DNA from: Camelus dromedarius
Taxonomy: Eukaryota
DNA length: 64,000 nucleotides
Direction: 5' to 3'
NCBI RefSeq assembly: GCF_036321535.1
Contig: NC_087437.1
Location: 9,798,001 to 9,862,000, forward strand
Below the pieces are notes generated by a model. That model saw only the letters and a list, made by a program, of their open reading frames with translations. It searched no databases and had not been told where the DNA came from. Of this stretch, positions 13,103 to 27,200 are shown piece after piece; the first letter of the stretch is position 1, and each line of letters begins with the position of its first letter. A program made the position numbers and the translations under genes.

Positions 13103-15269
13103 AGCTTCAAAGAAAAACAAAACAAACCTGAGCCTGAACAATGGTGTCTAGTGTCTGGTCCAATGTACACAGGGCTAAGGGCTCGGCAAACTTTCCAGTT
13201 TTCAAAATGTACCAAATGATTCAGTTTCAGGCTTTCCAAAACTCCAAAGTGGGAATATTTATTGCCTTTTATTTTCCTCAATAAATACTACCCCTTTTGA
13301 GAGGAATTTTAATAATCATTTAAATCAGATTTCACCATTTTTATTTCTTTATTTCTTTTATTTCACCATTTTTATTTCTCTCTAAAGTTACACTTTCTAA
13401 CCTAGCAAGTATTTCAATAGATTAAAGATAATTCTTCTATAAATTTGCCTCATTATGAAAATGATTTTGAGGGTTGGCAAAGCCATGTAGTTCATGCATG
13501 ATGTGTAACAGTAAAGTTTGTGCACGTGGGTCTATGTTTAAAAAAAAATTACACACATTGGCACAATCTCCTTTTCGCTGTTATCCTCCAGAAGGTCTCC
13601 ATGACCCCCATTCTAAAAGTAAGCACTCCCTTTTGCTCTGATATCTTAAAAGGCTTCTGCTGCCTCGTCTCACTTTTTTTGGCAAAACTTTAAAGAAATG
13701 ACTTTTAATATTTTCCCCAACTCAAAAGTTAATGCATACATTAGCAGAATAAGAGAAAGATTATAGAAAAGTATAAAGAAGAGATTTTAAATCTTCTGCA
13801 ACACAGTAACCCAGAGTAATAGTTTTCAAATTGCGATGGTTTTGCATCCATTTTCTCTCCCTCCCTCCTCCCTTCCCTGCTTTTCTTCTTTTCCCACTTT
13901 TGCTTGTCCTTCTGAATTTCCATTTAGTCCCTGAGGATCCCCATTGCACTATACCTACACAATAGATACTAGCTTATCTGTGTCCAGACGATGAAGCTGC
14001 AGGGAGAGGATTCCATCAACAACCAGCACACATGCCACCTCCTCCCAGAAGCCTTCTTTGACTGACCTCCCCCAACTTTACCTCTACAGTCTACAGATCT
14101 AATCATTTCCTTGTCTGTAGCACCTCCATCTTAAGTGCATGTTTCTAAAGTGAAATATAATTGGTTTGCTTGCACAACCATCCTTTCTACTAGATGATGA
14201 ATACATCCCACCCACTCTATACAGAGTTTAGGCCATCTATGAATGCCTGCTCCAGTAAGTAAACATATGCATTATGAATCCTGACCACCCAGTGAGGAGC
14301 TCATATGTAACAGATTTTCAGGATGTGTTTGCTGGATGATTAAATGAATAAACTTTCTCTTGTATTCTGAGAAACCCAGCTAGCCTAACTGCTCAGAGAC
14401 ATCTTCCCCTCTCCCCAAAATAAATGTCAACTAACAGTCTCAGAAAACCAACCACAGCACTGAAATAAAGCTGAGTGTGGCGGGCAAGTTGGCAGGGCTC
14501 TGGGCTTCCAAATAAAACCAACTTCTAGAGGGCTCTGTCTCTGCTCACTCATCCTCCCTGACTTCAGGTTTATTTCTCATGTCTTATTTCCTTGTCTGTT
14601 CTCTCTTGGCCTTGATCTCAGCTATTCTTTTTCACAGTCTCTTTGTTCACTTTTTTACTTGGTTTATCTCTTGTCCAGATGATTCTGTTCTAGCCCATTC
14701 CTCACTCAGTTTCCAAATCACGGGCAGGATTTATTTTGCATGTTATGTTTACACACTTGGAGCGTTTGAGTTTTGCCTGCTTTAGGTTGGGATTTGTTAT
14801 TTCTAACCCTGCAGCACTCTGGCCCTTAATGAATTCACTTGGCTTTTTGGCTTGGGAAAAGATACTACACATTCATTCTTTCCTGGAAAGGAGGCAAGAA
14901 TGTTTTCATATTGTTTTACCTTATTTGAGGCTGAAGTGAGGAATACCGAAGAAAACTTTTTTTCTCTAGAAGAAAGGTACACAGCGGTTCATACATATTG
15001 TATATGGCAATGTCCATCTTTTGCAATCCCAGCCATGATGTATATAACTCTTGAATATTCTGACTATAAGACTTATTCTCATATTTTATCACAGTAATAT
15101 TTATTGTAAAGAGCTTCTTTTAAAATGAGAGACAAATATTCTAAATATTTATACCCTAAGGAATAGAATATTATTTGTGGATTGCACTAAGGGAGAAGTT
15201 TAAGTTTAGCATGGAAACCATAACAATTTACTCTGTAGTTAAGAGACTGCTTCTCAGTTATCAAAACAC

Positions 15270-18200
15270 AGCTATAAATTCAATGAGGAAAGGATATCCT
15301 TTTCAACAGACAGTCCTGGAACAATTGGACATCCACAGTTAAGAAAATGAACCCTAACACAGTCTATGCATTTTATTAAAAAATTATATATCATAGACTT
15401 AAGTGTGACATGTAAAAATATAAAACTTTGAGGAGAAAACAGAACATCTTTGTGATTTTGAGCTTTTTGACAAGACATCAAAGTCATGCTCCATAAAGAA
15501 AAAAATAATTGGGACTTAGTCAAAATTAAACACTTTTTGTGACAGCTCTATAAATGATATTAGTAAGAGAATGGAAAATAAGCTATGAATTATAAGAAAA
15601 TATTTGCAAATTATATCCAGGTAAAGGACTTGTAACCAGAATATATAAGGAACACTTAAAATGGAACTATAAGAAAACAGGCAACTCAAATAAAAAGAAA
15701 AGCATGCAAAGTATCTGAACAGATGCTTCATCAAAGATGATAAATTAATGACAAATATGCATATAAAAGTGGTACAGTATAATTAGTAATTAGGAAAATA
15801 CAAGTTAAAACTATGAGATGCAACTGCACACCTCTTAGAATGGTTAAAAACAACCATGGAAAAATGGATAATATAACGTGCTGACAAGACAGAAGAATGA
15901 CTGGGCCTCTCATTCATTCCTGATGGAAATGCAAAATGATACAACCACTTTCAAAAGCTGTTTGGTAGTTCTGCTTTTAATAAAATTAGACGTGTGTTTG
16001 CCATATGACCTAGCAATCCTACTCTTATTCATTCATGTAGCAAGCATGGATAAATCTTAAATGCATTTTGCTAAGGGAAAGAAGCCAAACCCTAAAGGAT
16101 GATGCATGCAGTCATTTATACGGCATTCCCAAAAAGGCAAAATTACAATGAAAACAGATTAGCAGTTGACAGCAGTTCGGAGAAGGGTATTGACTACAAA
16201 ATGGCCACACAAAGGAATGTTTAGAGTGAGGGAAATGTTCTGTGTGCTGTCCTGGTGGAGGATACATGACTATGAATTTGTCAAACCCCATACAACTGTA
16301 CATCACAAAGAGTGAATTTGAGTTGCAAATTTTAAAAAATGAACTGATAGCAGGGGACCCCAGGACAGATTGTTAAAATGAATCTAACTGTATGGCAGTT
16401 GTTCAATGTGACCTCACTGAAGGAGATGGGAAAAAAGGAGCAGTTCCAAGTAGTTTTGGGAAATGATGTTTTGACTGAATACTCTAAAATTAAACATAAA
16501 ATGAATTGTACATAAGCACTGTATGGATTAGTAATTCTGAAACCACTTTTAACGTAGTTTAGGGCTGAAAAAATAATTATATAGATTGTAGTTAATGGGA
16601 GCCATGTTTCACACTGTTAGAGAGAGAGGTAAGCAAAGGGGGAAAGGCTAGAATGAAAGCCCTGTGGGGCTAAACTAGACACAGATGTTTAGTTTAATAG
16701 ATAAATAGTGATATTACACATGTGTATTAGTATACATAAATCCATTTTAAATACATTTTCTAACTCAGGAAACTGAGCCCCTTGCACTGAGCAGGGTGAA
16801 AAGCAACGATATTGTGGGCACACCCAGCACCAGAGCTTGGTGCCTAAGATCATTTTCCAATAAAAGGCTCTAGGGTCTGTCTTAGGAAGTGTGAACTATT
16901 AAAAATTACCATAGACTGAGAGGCTTATAAACAACAGTTTTTTTCCCCCCACAGTTCTGGAGGCTGGACATCCAAAATCTGGGTACCAGCAATCTGGTTT
17001 CTGGTGAGACCCTCCTCCTGGCGTAGACTGCCAACTTCTCAATGTCTCCTCATATGTCAGAAATACAACAAGCTAGCTCTCCATGCTCTTCTTACAAGGT
17101 CATCAATCTCATTCATGAAGGCTCCAAGCTCATGACCTAATTGCCTCCCCACAGCCCTACCTCCAAATAACATCACACTGGAGATTAGATTTCACCATGT
17201 GAATTTTTGGTGGAAAACAAACAGTCCCTTTAGAAGAATGGCTGATTCTAGGGCTGGGATAAGACAGGATAGGATACAGTATTTTACAGTCAGAAAGTGA
17301 GGAGGTGATTAAACAACCAGAAAAAGAGGATAGGGCTGTGTCAAAAGGAGAGGCCAACATGGAAAAAAAAAATGGCCAAAACTAGAATAATTTGATCAAC
17401 AAACTAATAAAGATATCATTGTTCATAACTCAAACAAGAAAGCAATATCCATATGTCCATATATATCTTAATAAATGATGGAATTCATACATAAATGCAA
17501 AAGGAGTGAATCTTCCCTAAAGAAGTATTTCAAACAATAAATATAAAAGGAAGGAGAAAAATAGAAGATCACACCATTGGAACACTGTAGGAATAACTGC
17601 CACCGGCAAAAATGCATACAAGAATGATAAAAATAGTGGACGAAACTCTAAGAAAAAACAAAATATTTGCTTATCCTTAAAGAATCTCCTAAATATGTCT
17701 TGATTACTGTAGTATCTTTAATACTTGTCTATAAATTCTTCTTGTTTCCCTCCAGGAGGTAGAGGTTAATTTTCATGCCCTTGAGTGTGGGCTGGACTTA
17801 GCGATTCCCTTCCAATGAGTAGAGTATGGCAGTGGGGTAGGGGAAGGAGGGTAACCTTATGGTGGAAAACCTGGCAAACACCACCTTAAGCAGCTGATCA
17901 AGACTGACATCACTAGCAATAAGTTAACCTGTCATTTTGTAAACCCTGCAATGAAGGGATTAAAAGGCAACTTGGCCTCTGTGGTACTCTTCTCCCAAAT
18001 CCGTAACTCCAGTGTAATTATGAGAAAACATCAAACTCAAAACAAGGGACAGTCTACAACACAGCTAGCTGATCAGTACTCTGGGAAAATGCCAAAGTCA
18101 TGAAAACAAGGAGAGATTGAAGAACCTTTGTAGATTGGAAGACACTGAGAAGACGTCATAACTAAGTTTGACTAAGTAGATCCTGGGATATGAAAAGGAT

Positions 18201-18410
18201 ACCACTGGAAAAAAAGATAAGTAAAATCCAAATAAAGGCTATAATTTACTTACTAGCACTCTACCAATTGTAATGTCTTAGGTTTAAAATGTGAATCACG
18301 ATCATGTAAGATGTTCTCATGTCGGAAGTTGGGTGGAGCATACATAGGGACTTTCTGTTCTGACTACACAACTCTTCTATAAATCTAAAATTATCCCAAA
18401 ATCATTTTAA
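15270..18410 (+). mobile_element. Old L1 (L1MC-like): degraded ORF2 C-terminal region and long 3' UTR, interrupted by an MLT1A LTR
   Basis: ORF2-like 'ttttcaacagacagtcctggaacaattggacatcca', 'aaaatatttgcaaattatatcc' and 'ccatatgacctagcaatcctactc'. 3' end 'caactcttctataaatctaaaattatcccaaaat'. Confidence 0.75.
16878..17232 (-). mobile_element. MaLR LTR (MLT1A-like)
   Basis: 'taccatagactg...cttataaacaacag...cacagttctggaggctgg...ctcatgacctaattgcctccc...ttcaccatgtgaatttttgg'. Confidence 0.78.
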
Positions 18411-20399
18411 AAGCAGGAGCACATCCAGGATTTCTCCCAGAAGCATTGTGTGTTCACAGCAGTGTCAGAAAGTCTCTTTGTAGAGCTGATTTAAAGTTTA
18501 ATTGTACACTGTGTAAATAACATTTTTAAATACAGTTCATGAGGTGATGCTCATGCAGACCAGGGCATGTCATCAGAAAATACTGAGTAGTAAAATATCC
18601 TAAAGCCCTGGGCTGGTCCCCTGCACTGAGAGAGAGATAAGCCGCTCCTTAGTTAAGAAAATAAATATCCTGTGATTCCATGACATGAATCTATATGAAC
18701 AACCAAACTCGAAATCTTCCCAACCTCTGGATTTTACCAAACCTGTCAAAATGTGCTGCTTCTTCATCCAAAGGGATGCATAACAGGTAATTAGCAAGAG
18801 AAGAAACAATTTACAGCGTAAGAAACTTTGGAAGTCAGAGTTCAAAAACATTAGAGATGTGACGCAGTTGTAGGGTCTAGAGCGATTGGTTTGTGGTCCC
18901 GAGTCCAATGACAGATTTGGAAAGAAAAGGAGCTCTCGGTGTTTAGAGTACAGAGTCCAGTTAGAGCACGAACAGAAGCACACTTGCCCGGGGACCAGGC
19001 AACTTAAAGGGAGTGAGAAACACCCCAGCTATGCCTAAGTGAGTATATATCTTGCTCAAGAAGCCCCATTCATATACACTTTTTAGCCTTAAAAGCAACA
19101 CCTACACATTGGCAAACCCAAGGGTGACACTGAAACACAAAGAACTATTAGAAGCAAAAGAAAATGACACAGAAGAAGTGATTTCGTGTTCTGTTTGCTC
19201 CTAAGAGCAAATGTAAAGCTAAGAAATGAACACAAACACACCCATCTTCCTTCACTACTAGAGCCTCCACGGAGAATTGCGAATCCATGATATGGTGCAA
19301 GCGAAGATGCTAAGTTCTGCTATTAACTAAAAACAAGTAGGTAATAATGGGCAATGACACCCTCAGGTGCTAGATCTTGACTAAGTTAATGATGCAAGTC
19401 ATCGTTAACTATCCATTGAAGCGATCCTTTGAGGAAGATGCTGGTTTCCATTCCTGGTGTCTCTAAAGGCAAAATTCATATGTGTGTCTCCTTAAGATGG
19501 TTTCCTTAGGGATTCAAGATTCTTTGGGGGAATGTAAGTGTGGGGAAAGTATCATATACCTGGTACTAAAAATAAAGGGAGGAAATGTGTATTATCATGG
19601 TCACCAAGTAGTTCTGTCTCTCCCTTAAAGCTAGAATATAGTTTAAGAACTATTTCTTCCTTTAAGTAGCTGTATTTGTGTGCATGCAACAATATGCAAA
19701 GGAAAAAATGCCATTTTACTAACAATCCTGTGTTGCACACTGCTTGCGGGAAGAGCAAAGCATTCTAAATATTCGTGCTGAGGAGAGGGCAGTGAAGGCT
19801 TCTCGGGGAACTGCCATGTAAGAGCATATTTTAGGTGCTTTATAACTAGCATTTCATTTAACCTTCAAAATAAACTAGAAGTGCTTTTATATGTACTTTA
19901 CAGATGAGGAAACAAATGAAAGTTTCAAATAGTCAGGGTCCCTCTTGACTCCACATTTCTCTATTAGCCTAAATAAATATTCTGCACCTGGGTTGGCACG
20001 AGGCACTCCAAAATACCAAAAATACCTGGAAGTGCTATAAATCTTATCTGCACAATTTAAAGTTTACTATATTTGGCTTTTTTTTTTTTTTTGCTTAATT
20101 GAAACAAAGGAATGATTACCAGCAATTACGTAAGGCACTGCACTAGAAAATGCAGGAAATGCAAAGAAAAAGAAAATTTCCTGTCTAACCCCACGAACCT
20201 TAAGATCTTTAGGGGGAAATAAAGTGAAACAGTGAAGAAGAAATATTAATATTTTTAAAACAATTTGTAAGACCACAAAATGAGAAATCTCCTAAGAAGA
20301 GATGAATTCACAATTAAGCATTAAACGAACTGCCCATAGTGGGGAGACAAAATGAAATAAATTCAGACCTTGCAAGTTAACACTTAAGAACTTCTATAG

Positions 20400-20860
20400 T
20401 GATTTGACAGGAAAATACTATGACTGTTGATTTTTTTTTCACTTTTCAGTTTTATTGGGTAGAATTGTTACAATTTGATTGCATATATACAATATATTGC
20501 AGGTAAATACATATATACAATATACTGCACATATTTTTTTTAGTTTACATGTATGTACTGTTCATTGTGTCTAAGAACAGGTTAGGGCTTTAGCTTTTTA
20601 AACTTACATCGTTATCAGAGGAATAAAGCCAACCACAAAATAAGAATCAACAGAATGCAGTCATCCAATCACAAAGGACAGTATAAGTATTGATTCTTAT
20701 AAGATATTTGGACTTGCATTATAAATATTTTTGTTGCATTCATTCCATTTTTCTAATAGTTCACTTTTATTTCATTTTATAAAAGTGTCAGCTCTGCAGC
20801 CAGTGGGGAAATAAAAACTTAAAAAATTAACTGGTCCTTTACTACAGATGGTTTGAGAAG
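20400..20860. mobile_element. Possible hAT-Charlie DNA transposon remnant
   Basis: Ends 'actggtcctttactacagatggtttgagaag', resembling Charlie-type MITE termini. Confidence 0.35.
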
Positions 20861-21399
20861 GGGCTTACTACAGTTCTTGGCCATCGGGAGAGGGCTGTCC
20901 TCAAAGAAAAGGCTGCTGAGAAAAATCTCAAGGTACAAATCAGCCTCATGCGTCCTTACGATCAGTAGGTAAGAAGCCAGCTACTTCCAAAGGGGGGCCA
21001 GTTGTGAGCTAAAACTTGAGTGACGTTTCTTCTTGCTCTCTTGTCTACATAGTCCCTCTGTTTCCCTTCTTCAGCCCAGGGAATATTAGACCGTCTGGGA
21101 AAAAGGAAAACTTATGTTCCAAATGTCTACCCATTTCTTTCTATTTTACACCCAAACCATCAGCACTTAGGCTTATGTGCTAATAACGTACCTGAGTGCT
21201 TTAAATTCTGTGCCTCTGCAGTGACTAACATCTGGAAAAGTACTTGGAGATGCATGTTTCATTCTGTAAGCAGATTGCAGAAGTGGGAGGTATTTGGGGT
21301 TGCAAATGAAGAAAATCATTGAAACCGATAGGAAGGGCATCATTTGTATTACTTAATTCTTGGAAATACCCCACCAGAAATGAAGCAATAATTTCTGTG

Positions 21400-22620
21400 T
21401 CAGTTCAGTAAATTATTCTAGGCTGAGTTACCAGGAAAGTTTCCATGGAAGAAAGCAACTTGGAGAATGGACGGAAAAAAATGAAGAAATGTAGTAATTG
21501 TGTAAGAAGAGAAGGAACATTCTGCAGGGTGGCCAAAATATCTGGGAAACTAGGAAAATATACAAAAAATAATTTATCTATGTTACGTGTAATATATTCA
21601 TAGTCTGTTCAATATGTAACAAATTCACGGTGTTCAATATGTTGTCCCTCATTGGCAGTGCGCAGAGTTCACTGCTTGTGCAGTGGAAAACTACAGAAAC
21701 GGGGTGTGTAAGTACATTTCCATCTGTCCCAAAGTATGTATCTGTGATTTGAATTTCTTCAGTGAATAAACTTGGGCCTAGAGCGTTACAGTGAGCAAGT
21801 AATCAAGAGGCTTCTTTCAGATCTGACAAGCCAACAGCCCGCTCTGCATGGCCACAGCGGCCAATCCAGGTCTGGAATTGCCCCTTATCACTGGAAATAC
21901 TGGGTGGTGTGTCAACCTGTTTGAGTCACTCAAGGTGACCTTCCCCACCTGAGACCATCAAAGAGATGCATTATGTAGTCACTTAACATGGTCAAATATA
22001 CCATTGTCTCACTGTAGATGGCCACACTACACATAAGCAAATGGTATGACCTGAAGCACAGAGGCTGGATATTTTGAAGAGAGGAACAGGGAGTTGTCAA
22101 GGGTCAGATTTGACTATTTTGATATGATGCTAAAAAAGGCAATTACGCCCTGAATTCCAACCTAAAAAGATACAGTCTTATCCTATAGCAATAGGGAGTC
22201 ATTAAAGATTCTGAGCCAAAGAAGACTTAAAAGGGGTGTTCTGAAAGGTGGGTTGAGTTGAAAAACAGGGAGAGAAACTAGTCCACTATTACAGCAGTGG
22301 AAATGCCATGAATCTTTGCCCCAGTCATTTCAGGGTAATGGAAATGAAATCAAATGGTTCCAAACACCAGAGAGGCAAAAACAGGCCTAAGTACAGGGGC
22401 TCACTGGATTGTTGAAAAGGGCAGAGGGAGAGGCAACTCTTAGTTTTTGAGCCTGGCAAGATAATGGCACTGTTCCCAGGAATGGGCAGGTCAGGTGGAG
22501 AACTTGGCTCTGGTTTAAGAGGAGATGTTCAGAACTTTGGACGTGGCGAGCACGGAGTTCAGCAGTCCATCAAACGGGGCATTCGAGCCATTTGAAAATA
22601 CAGGACTTAAGCTCAGGAGA
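21400..22620 (-). mobile_element. Degraded L2 LINE fragments (discontinuous)
   Basis: Antisense L2-like 'ggaacattctgcag', 'ttatcctatagcaatagggagtcattaaagattctgagc' and 'tagtttttgagcctggcaag...atggcactgttcccaggaatggg'. Confidence 0.4.
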
Positions 22621-23803
22621 CAGGTAAGAGCATCTTTGGAATTTATCCATTATCTATTTCTGATCATGATGACTGGAAATTTACAATCCACAACAGCCAA
22701 CCTTTCATTTAGTAAATTTCTTCCTCAACTCTGACCTCCTCCACCTGAAAAACCTCTTGAGATTTTTTTTCCCCTTAGTAAATAAGCATCTATATCTATA
22801 GTTCCAAAAAGTGTTGGTACCCTGTGTGAGAATCTTCCTAAGGGAAAAACTAAATTAGCCATTATTAAACTTTTTGCCCCAGAGTTTACAATATCTGCTG
22901 TTTGCCACGATGTGTTGCTTTGTTATGGCCTCCTAAGACTTGCAAAATGATTTATCTTGAAATTGTGTTAGTCTTTGGAGAGCTTCAAGAGATATTCCTT
23001 ATTTAGCTTTGAACCAAAGTGATACCAGACAACTGAACATGAAAAAAAAAAAAGAAAAAAAATTGTAGTATCAAAAATCGACAAGTGGAGTGTAATAAAA
23101 ATGAGGTATATTCTCATTATCAATCAATCCGGGAAGAGGAATTTCTTCTTTATCTTTTGCTTCTTAACAAATACTCTAATCAAAGTGAAACCCTTAAGTA
23201 CTCTGAATCAGGATCATCAAATCTAAAATGAGAGGCTTAGAATGATTAATATTTAATGTCCCTTCCAGGCACACCAGTTCCCAAGGTACCACTGATAAGT
23301 CTGAAATAAGATGGGTTTCAAGGTGTGTTTAATATCTCTTAGATACAAATGATTTCACAGTGTATAACTCCAAAGTCTATACACTGAATTTACTATGTCA
23401 TGGAACGTTCCAAATGCAGGTATTTTGTGCCTCACGGGTATAGTCAAACATAATAGCAGGTACTAAAAACATTCTACTTGCAGCTATGTTGGGGGGTAAG
23501 TTTTCTGGATAAATTTTTCAGCTCATCCACTGTACAAGTTGGCCTGGCAGGTACCCAGATGAATAAACATCAGATCATAGAGTCTTCCAAGGTCTCCCTA
23601 CCAGCTGTGATTCCCAAAATTTACGCTTGAGGAACTGTGACCTTGGCATATCCAGGATTCAAAATGGTCTACTTTCTTTTTTGTTTTTTAAGTTGTCTGC
23701 ACTTGCATCAAAATCACCAGATAAATGAGGAAATGACTTCCAAGTGAATAGTAGTAGATCTGTGTTCTATATGTTTTAACTCAATGGCAGACTAGAAATA
23801 CTG

Positions 23804-24124
23804 TGTTATAGACTAATTGTGTCTTTGCTCCCAAGATTCATATGTTGAAATCCTAGCCCCCAATGTGATGGTATTAGGGAGGTATGGCCTCTGAGAGATA
23901 GTTGAGTCATGAGGATGGAGCCGTCATAATGGGATAAAGAAGAGATGTTAGGGTTTGCGCTCACTGTTTGTTCTCTGAATGTAGGAGACAAGAAGCCAAG
24001 AAGCAGTCTGCACCAGACACCAGCATCCTAACCTTGGACCTCCCAGCCTCCAGAATTGTGAGACATTAGTATTTGTGGTTTAAACTGCTCAGTCTATTAT
24101 GTTATTGCTGCCTGAGCTAATGCA
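23804..24124 (+). mobile_element. MaLR LTR (MLT1A-like)
   Basis: 'tgttatagactaattgtg...attcatatgttgaaatcctagcccccaatgtgatggtattaggga...ccagcctccagaattgtgaga'. Confidence 0.8.
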
Positions 24125-24239
24125 CCACTGTCTAACGCATTCAAGGAAGCTGTGAGGCTCCAGAGTTTGAGAAGAAAGTCAAAATAATAAATTGGTTAAC
24201 TTTAGTAACTTTAGGTTACTCCCGATATAAAAGTTTTAA

Positions 24240-25440
24240 TTAAAGATGGCGTCACATTAAAAAGAGAGATGGCATTTATATCTTGGTTTATTTCACCAGC
24301 ATCCTGGCCTCAACATCCCTACCACATGGCACAAGGGTCCTGGGGCTGGTCCAGGTGTGATCTCTGCTTTGCAAGAGAAGCAGACTGCTGTTTTCACTGC
24401 AGCAAATTCCATATAAACCAGTGTGTTCCCAAGTGGTTAGCAGCAGTGCAATATGACTCAGCATTTTGACTTTGCAAGGACAAGATAGTGAAAAAAAAAA
24501 ATCAGAAAAAAATTTGGAGCGTGCATGTCTGCTTCTATTCTCCTTACTCGGCATTTTAAAGTCACCTGGTGAAAGCATTTTAATTTCCAAATGGCTAGTT
24601 CGTTTAAGATTTAACAGCTCACCAAACACAGAATAGATGGATACGTGCGGTTCAGCAACTATAAAGAATTAAGTGAAAACTGCAGAGAGGAAAGTCGTGT
24701 AGCAAATTGATCATTTTCTTTTAATTAAAAAAAAACATTTTTTTAGTCTATGTGGAAAATATTTAGTCACACCTGCCTTATCAGGAGGATGATCAACTTT
24801 CCAGATCTGCCATAAATTGGAAGGAATTGTGACTGAAGTCAAACCACTATAATCAAGTAATCATCGGTCTAAATCATTTCCGGGAAAGTCTGTAAAGTGG
24901 CTTGGATTTAAGTGTCATGGCTCAGCCTGAGCTCCTTATGAAAGAAGTCTCAGTTCTCAACCCGTCTCCGTGACAGCGACAGTACTAGGAGGTGGCCGAC
25001 CACTACCGTTACTTCCTGATACCACGTTTGGCCAGGGAATTTGGACACCATAAGTGATGCTGAGATCACATTCATGAAACCATGGATAATGAACAAATGT
25101 AAAGCTTTATCCAAGCATTTGATTACAGTTATTTTAAATGGTTCATACAATAATAAATAGATTTCTTATCAAACCTCTCTGTCCTTCTCCGGAATAGCTC
25201 TCAATTGGATCTATACCTTTTTATGGCTAATAGCAAAACTATTTTTCAGTCTTGATTTTCATACAGAAGGACTAAACGTGGTTTTTTGTTTCTTCTGTCC
25301 ACGGTTAAGCATGTTGCCTGCCACAGCCGAGATGACTCACCTCGTGTGTTAGAAACACCTTCCTCAGCAACAGAAAACACTAATTGAGTGACGGCTTGTA
25401 GGTGGCCCTCAAAAACCACACAGTCACATTTGCCAAAGGA
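24240..25440. promoter_or_regulatory. Candidate signal-responsive enhancer
   Basis: Non-repetitive block with YY1-like AAGATGGCG (24243), tandem ARE (24453-24476), TTCCGGGAA (24878-24886), ACTTCCTG (25011), TGACTCA (25333) and AACCACA (25414). Motif evidence only. Confidence 0.4.
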
Positions 25441-27029
25441 AACGCAACCAACAGCTGAGAACCATATTCTGAACCACCCTGATGAACTTCAAAGATAGAT
25501 TTTCTTTCACTCCAAATCTTAGAACCGTCTTTGTTATTAAAACTAACCGAAAAGTTCTGAAGTGTTAACTTTATGATATAAGATTCGAAATTGGTGTCTC
25601 AGTTGCCAGACACACACACTAAGTCATGCAAACAACACGAAAACTTCAAATAGCTTTCATTTTCCTAATCTATGATGAAGGGGGTAGAAGGAAGAGCATT
25701 GCATGTTTTTACTCTTGTGATGAAGATCTGAAAAAAAGGTTATCCTTTCAGAAATAACTTGAAGGGGTATTCTACCAATTAATTCTCTTACGCTGTTTAA
25801 ACACGCTTATTCTCAAGTTTATTTCATTTTTCTGATAAACCATATCTGCGCTTCCTTAGAAATCCTGTAGTTCTCATTACTAGGCTTAACCTCTCAATTT
25901 TTTTTTTTCAGAACTAACATTCTCTGTTTAGATTTATTTGTAGCCTATAGCATCATACCTTTTGTCAAATGTATATACAATACTCACACTGTTCAACTTA
26001 TATACACACCTAGTTTAGTCAAACTATACACACACATACAAAAATTTCATTTATACACTTACATAAAATTCTATTTAATAGGCGCTCAGACTTCCACTTG
26101 TTTTTTTTTCCATTAGGTTTAAAATTTCTAGGTACCAGGAAGTTGAACTATATTGGTTATTTCATTCAATTATCTTGGGCCATAAAAATGCAGCTCTATT
26201 TCTCATTTTCTTTGTTACTTGTGTCCTTTGGAAGGCTAATTATTTCATATATGAAGCTGACTGATTAAGAAAAAATTATATTTTGGCTAATTTTAAAGTC
26301 AGAAACATTTTTCCTAAATTAAATCTAAAAACTTGTGCAAGTGGGCATGTTTAACATATAAATATAACAACATCTAAATTTGATTTTTAAATTATGTGAA
26401 AAATTGTTGCTGATGACTAATTTAAGCACCATGTAACCTACACCTCAATTATGTCAATAAAAAAATATGAGATCTCGAAATTCATATTTTGATGAAGATT
26501 TGTTAGAGATGTTTTGAAAACCAGTGTTATTCCTGAAAGTCACACAAATTAAACTTACTTTGATTTGTTTTTCAGTGTTTAATATATTGCTATTTGTAGA
26601 TCGAAGTTTTCACAATTTTCTAATATGACAACTCGCAAGGCAGAGTTCCCATGAAGTCAAGAGTATATGCATAAAAACAAAACTTTCACTGTGTGCTCTA
26701 TACAAATAAGTTAACAAAAAGCATATAATAAAGTTTTAAGTCTACAAAGAAATTTAACAACACTATTTGGTAGTCCGCCATCATGAAGCTGATGCAATGG
26801 TTCATTAACAACCCAAATTTGCTCTCTGAAGATTCTGTTTCTTGGAATCAGACGAAACTCAACATTTAGCATTCCAATGTAATCAAGGTTATTCTAGTCA
26901 ATCATTCACTTTGCTAATGGAAGAGAAATCCAGCAATCACCAATCACCTGCAAAAGGTATAATGACCACACGCCCCCTGCAGGACCAATCACTGTAAACC
27001 CTAACTCTCATGCTTGATGAAACTGAACT

Positions 27030-27200
27030 TTCATTCCTTCATTCATCCAATAAATATTTATTGTGCTTCGGGGAGATAAGGAAGAAAAAGAACACAGTCT
27101 TTGCGTTTCATGAAGAGTTAGAGGGGGAGGCAGAACATTAAAGAAAATCACACGAGCAATTACACATATACAATTACGATCAAGATTATGGCAGGGAAAT
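27030..27200 (-). mobile_element. L2 LINE 3' end
   Basis: 'ttcattccttcattcatccaataaatatttattgtgc' is the antisense L2 tail. Confidence 0.55.

Noticed and set aside
13329..13379. 20-bp direct repeat atttcaccatttttatttct
   Set aside because: Only two copies; ordinary local slippage rather than an array.
21525..21790. Possible Tc1/mariner remnant starting cagggtggccaaaa
   Set aside because: I could not find a matching second terminal inverted repeat.
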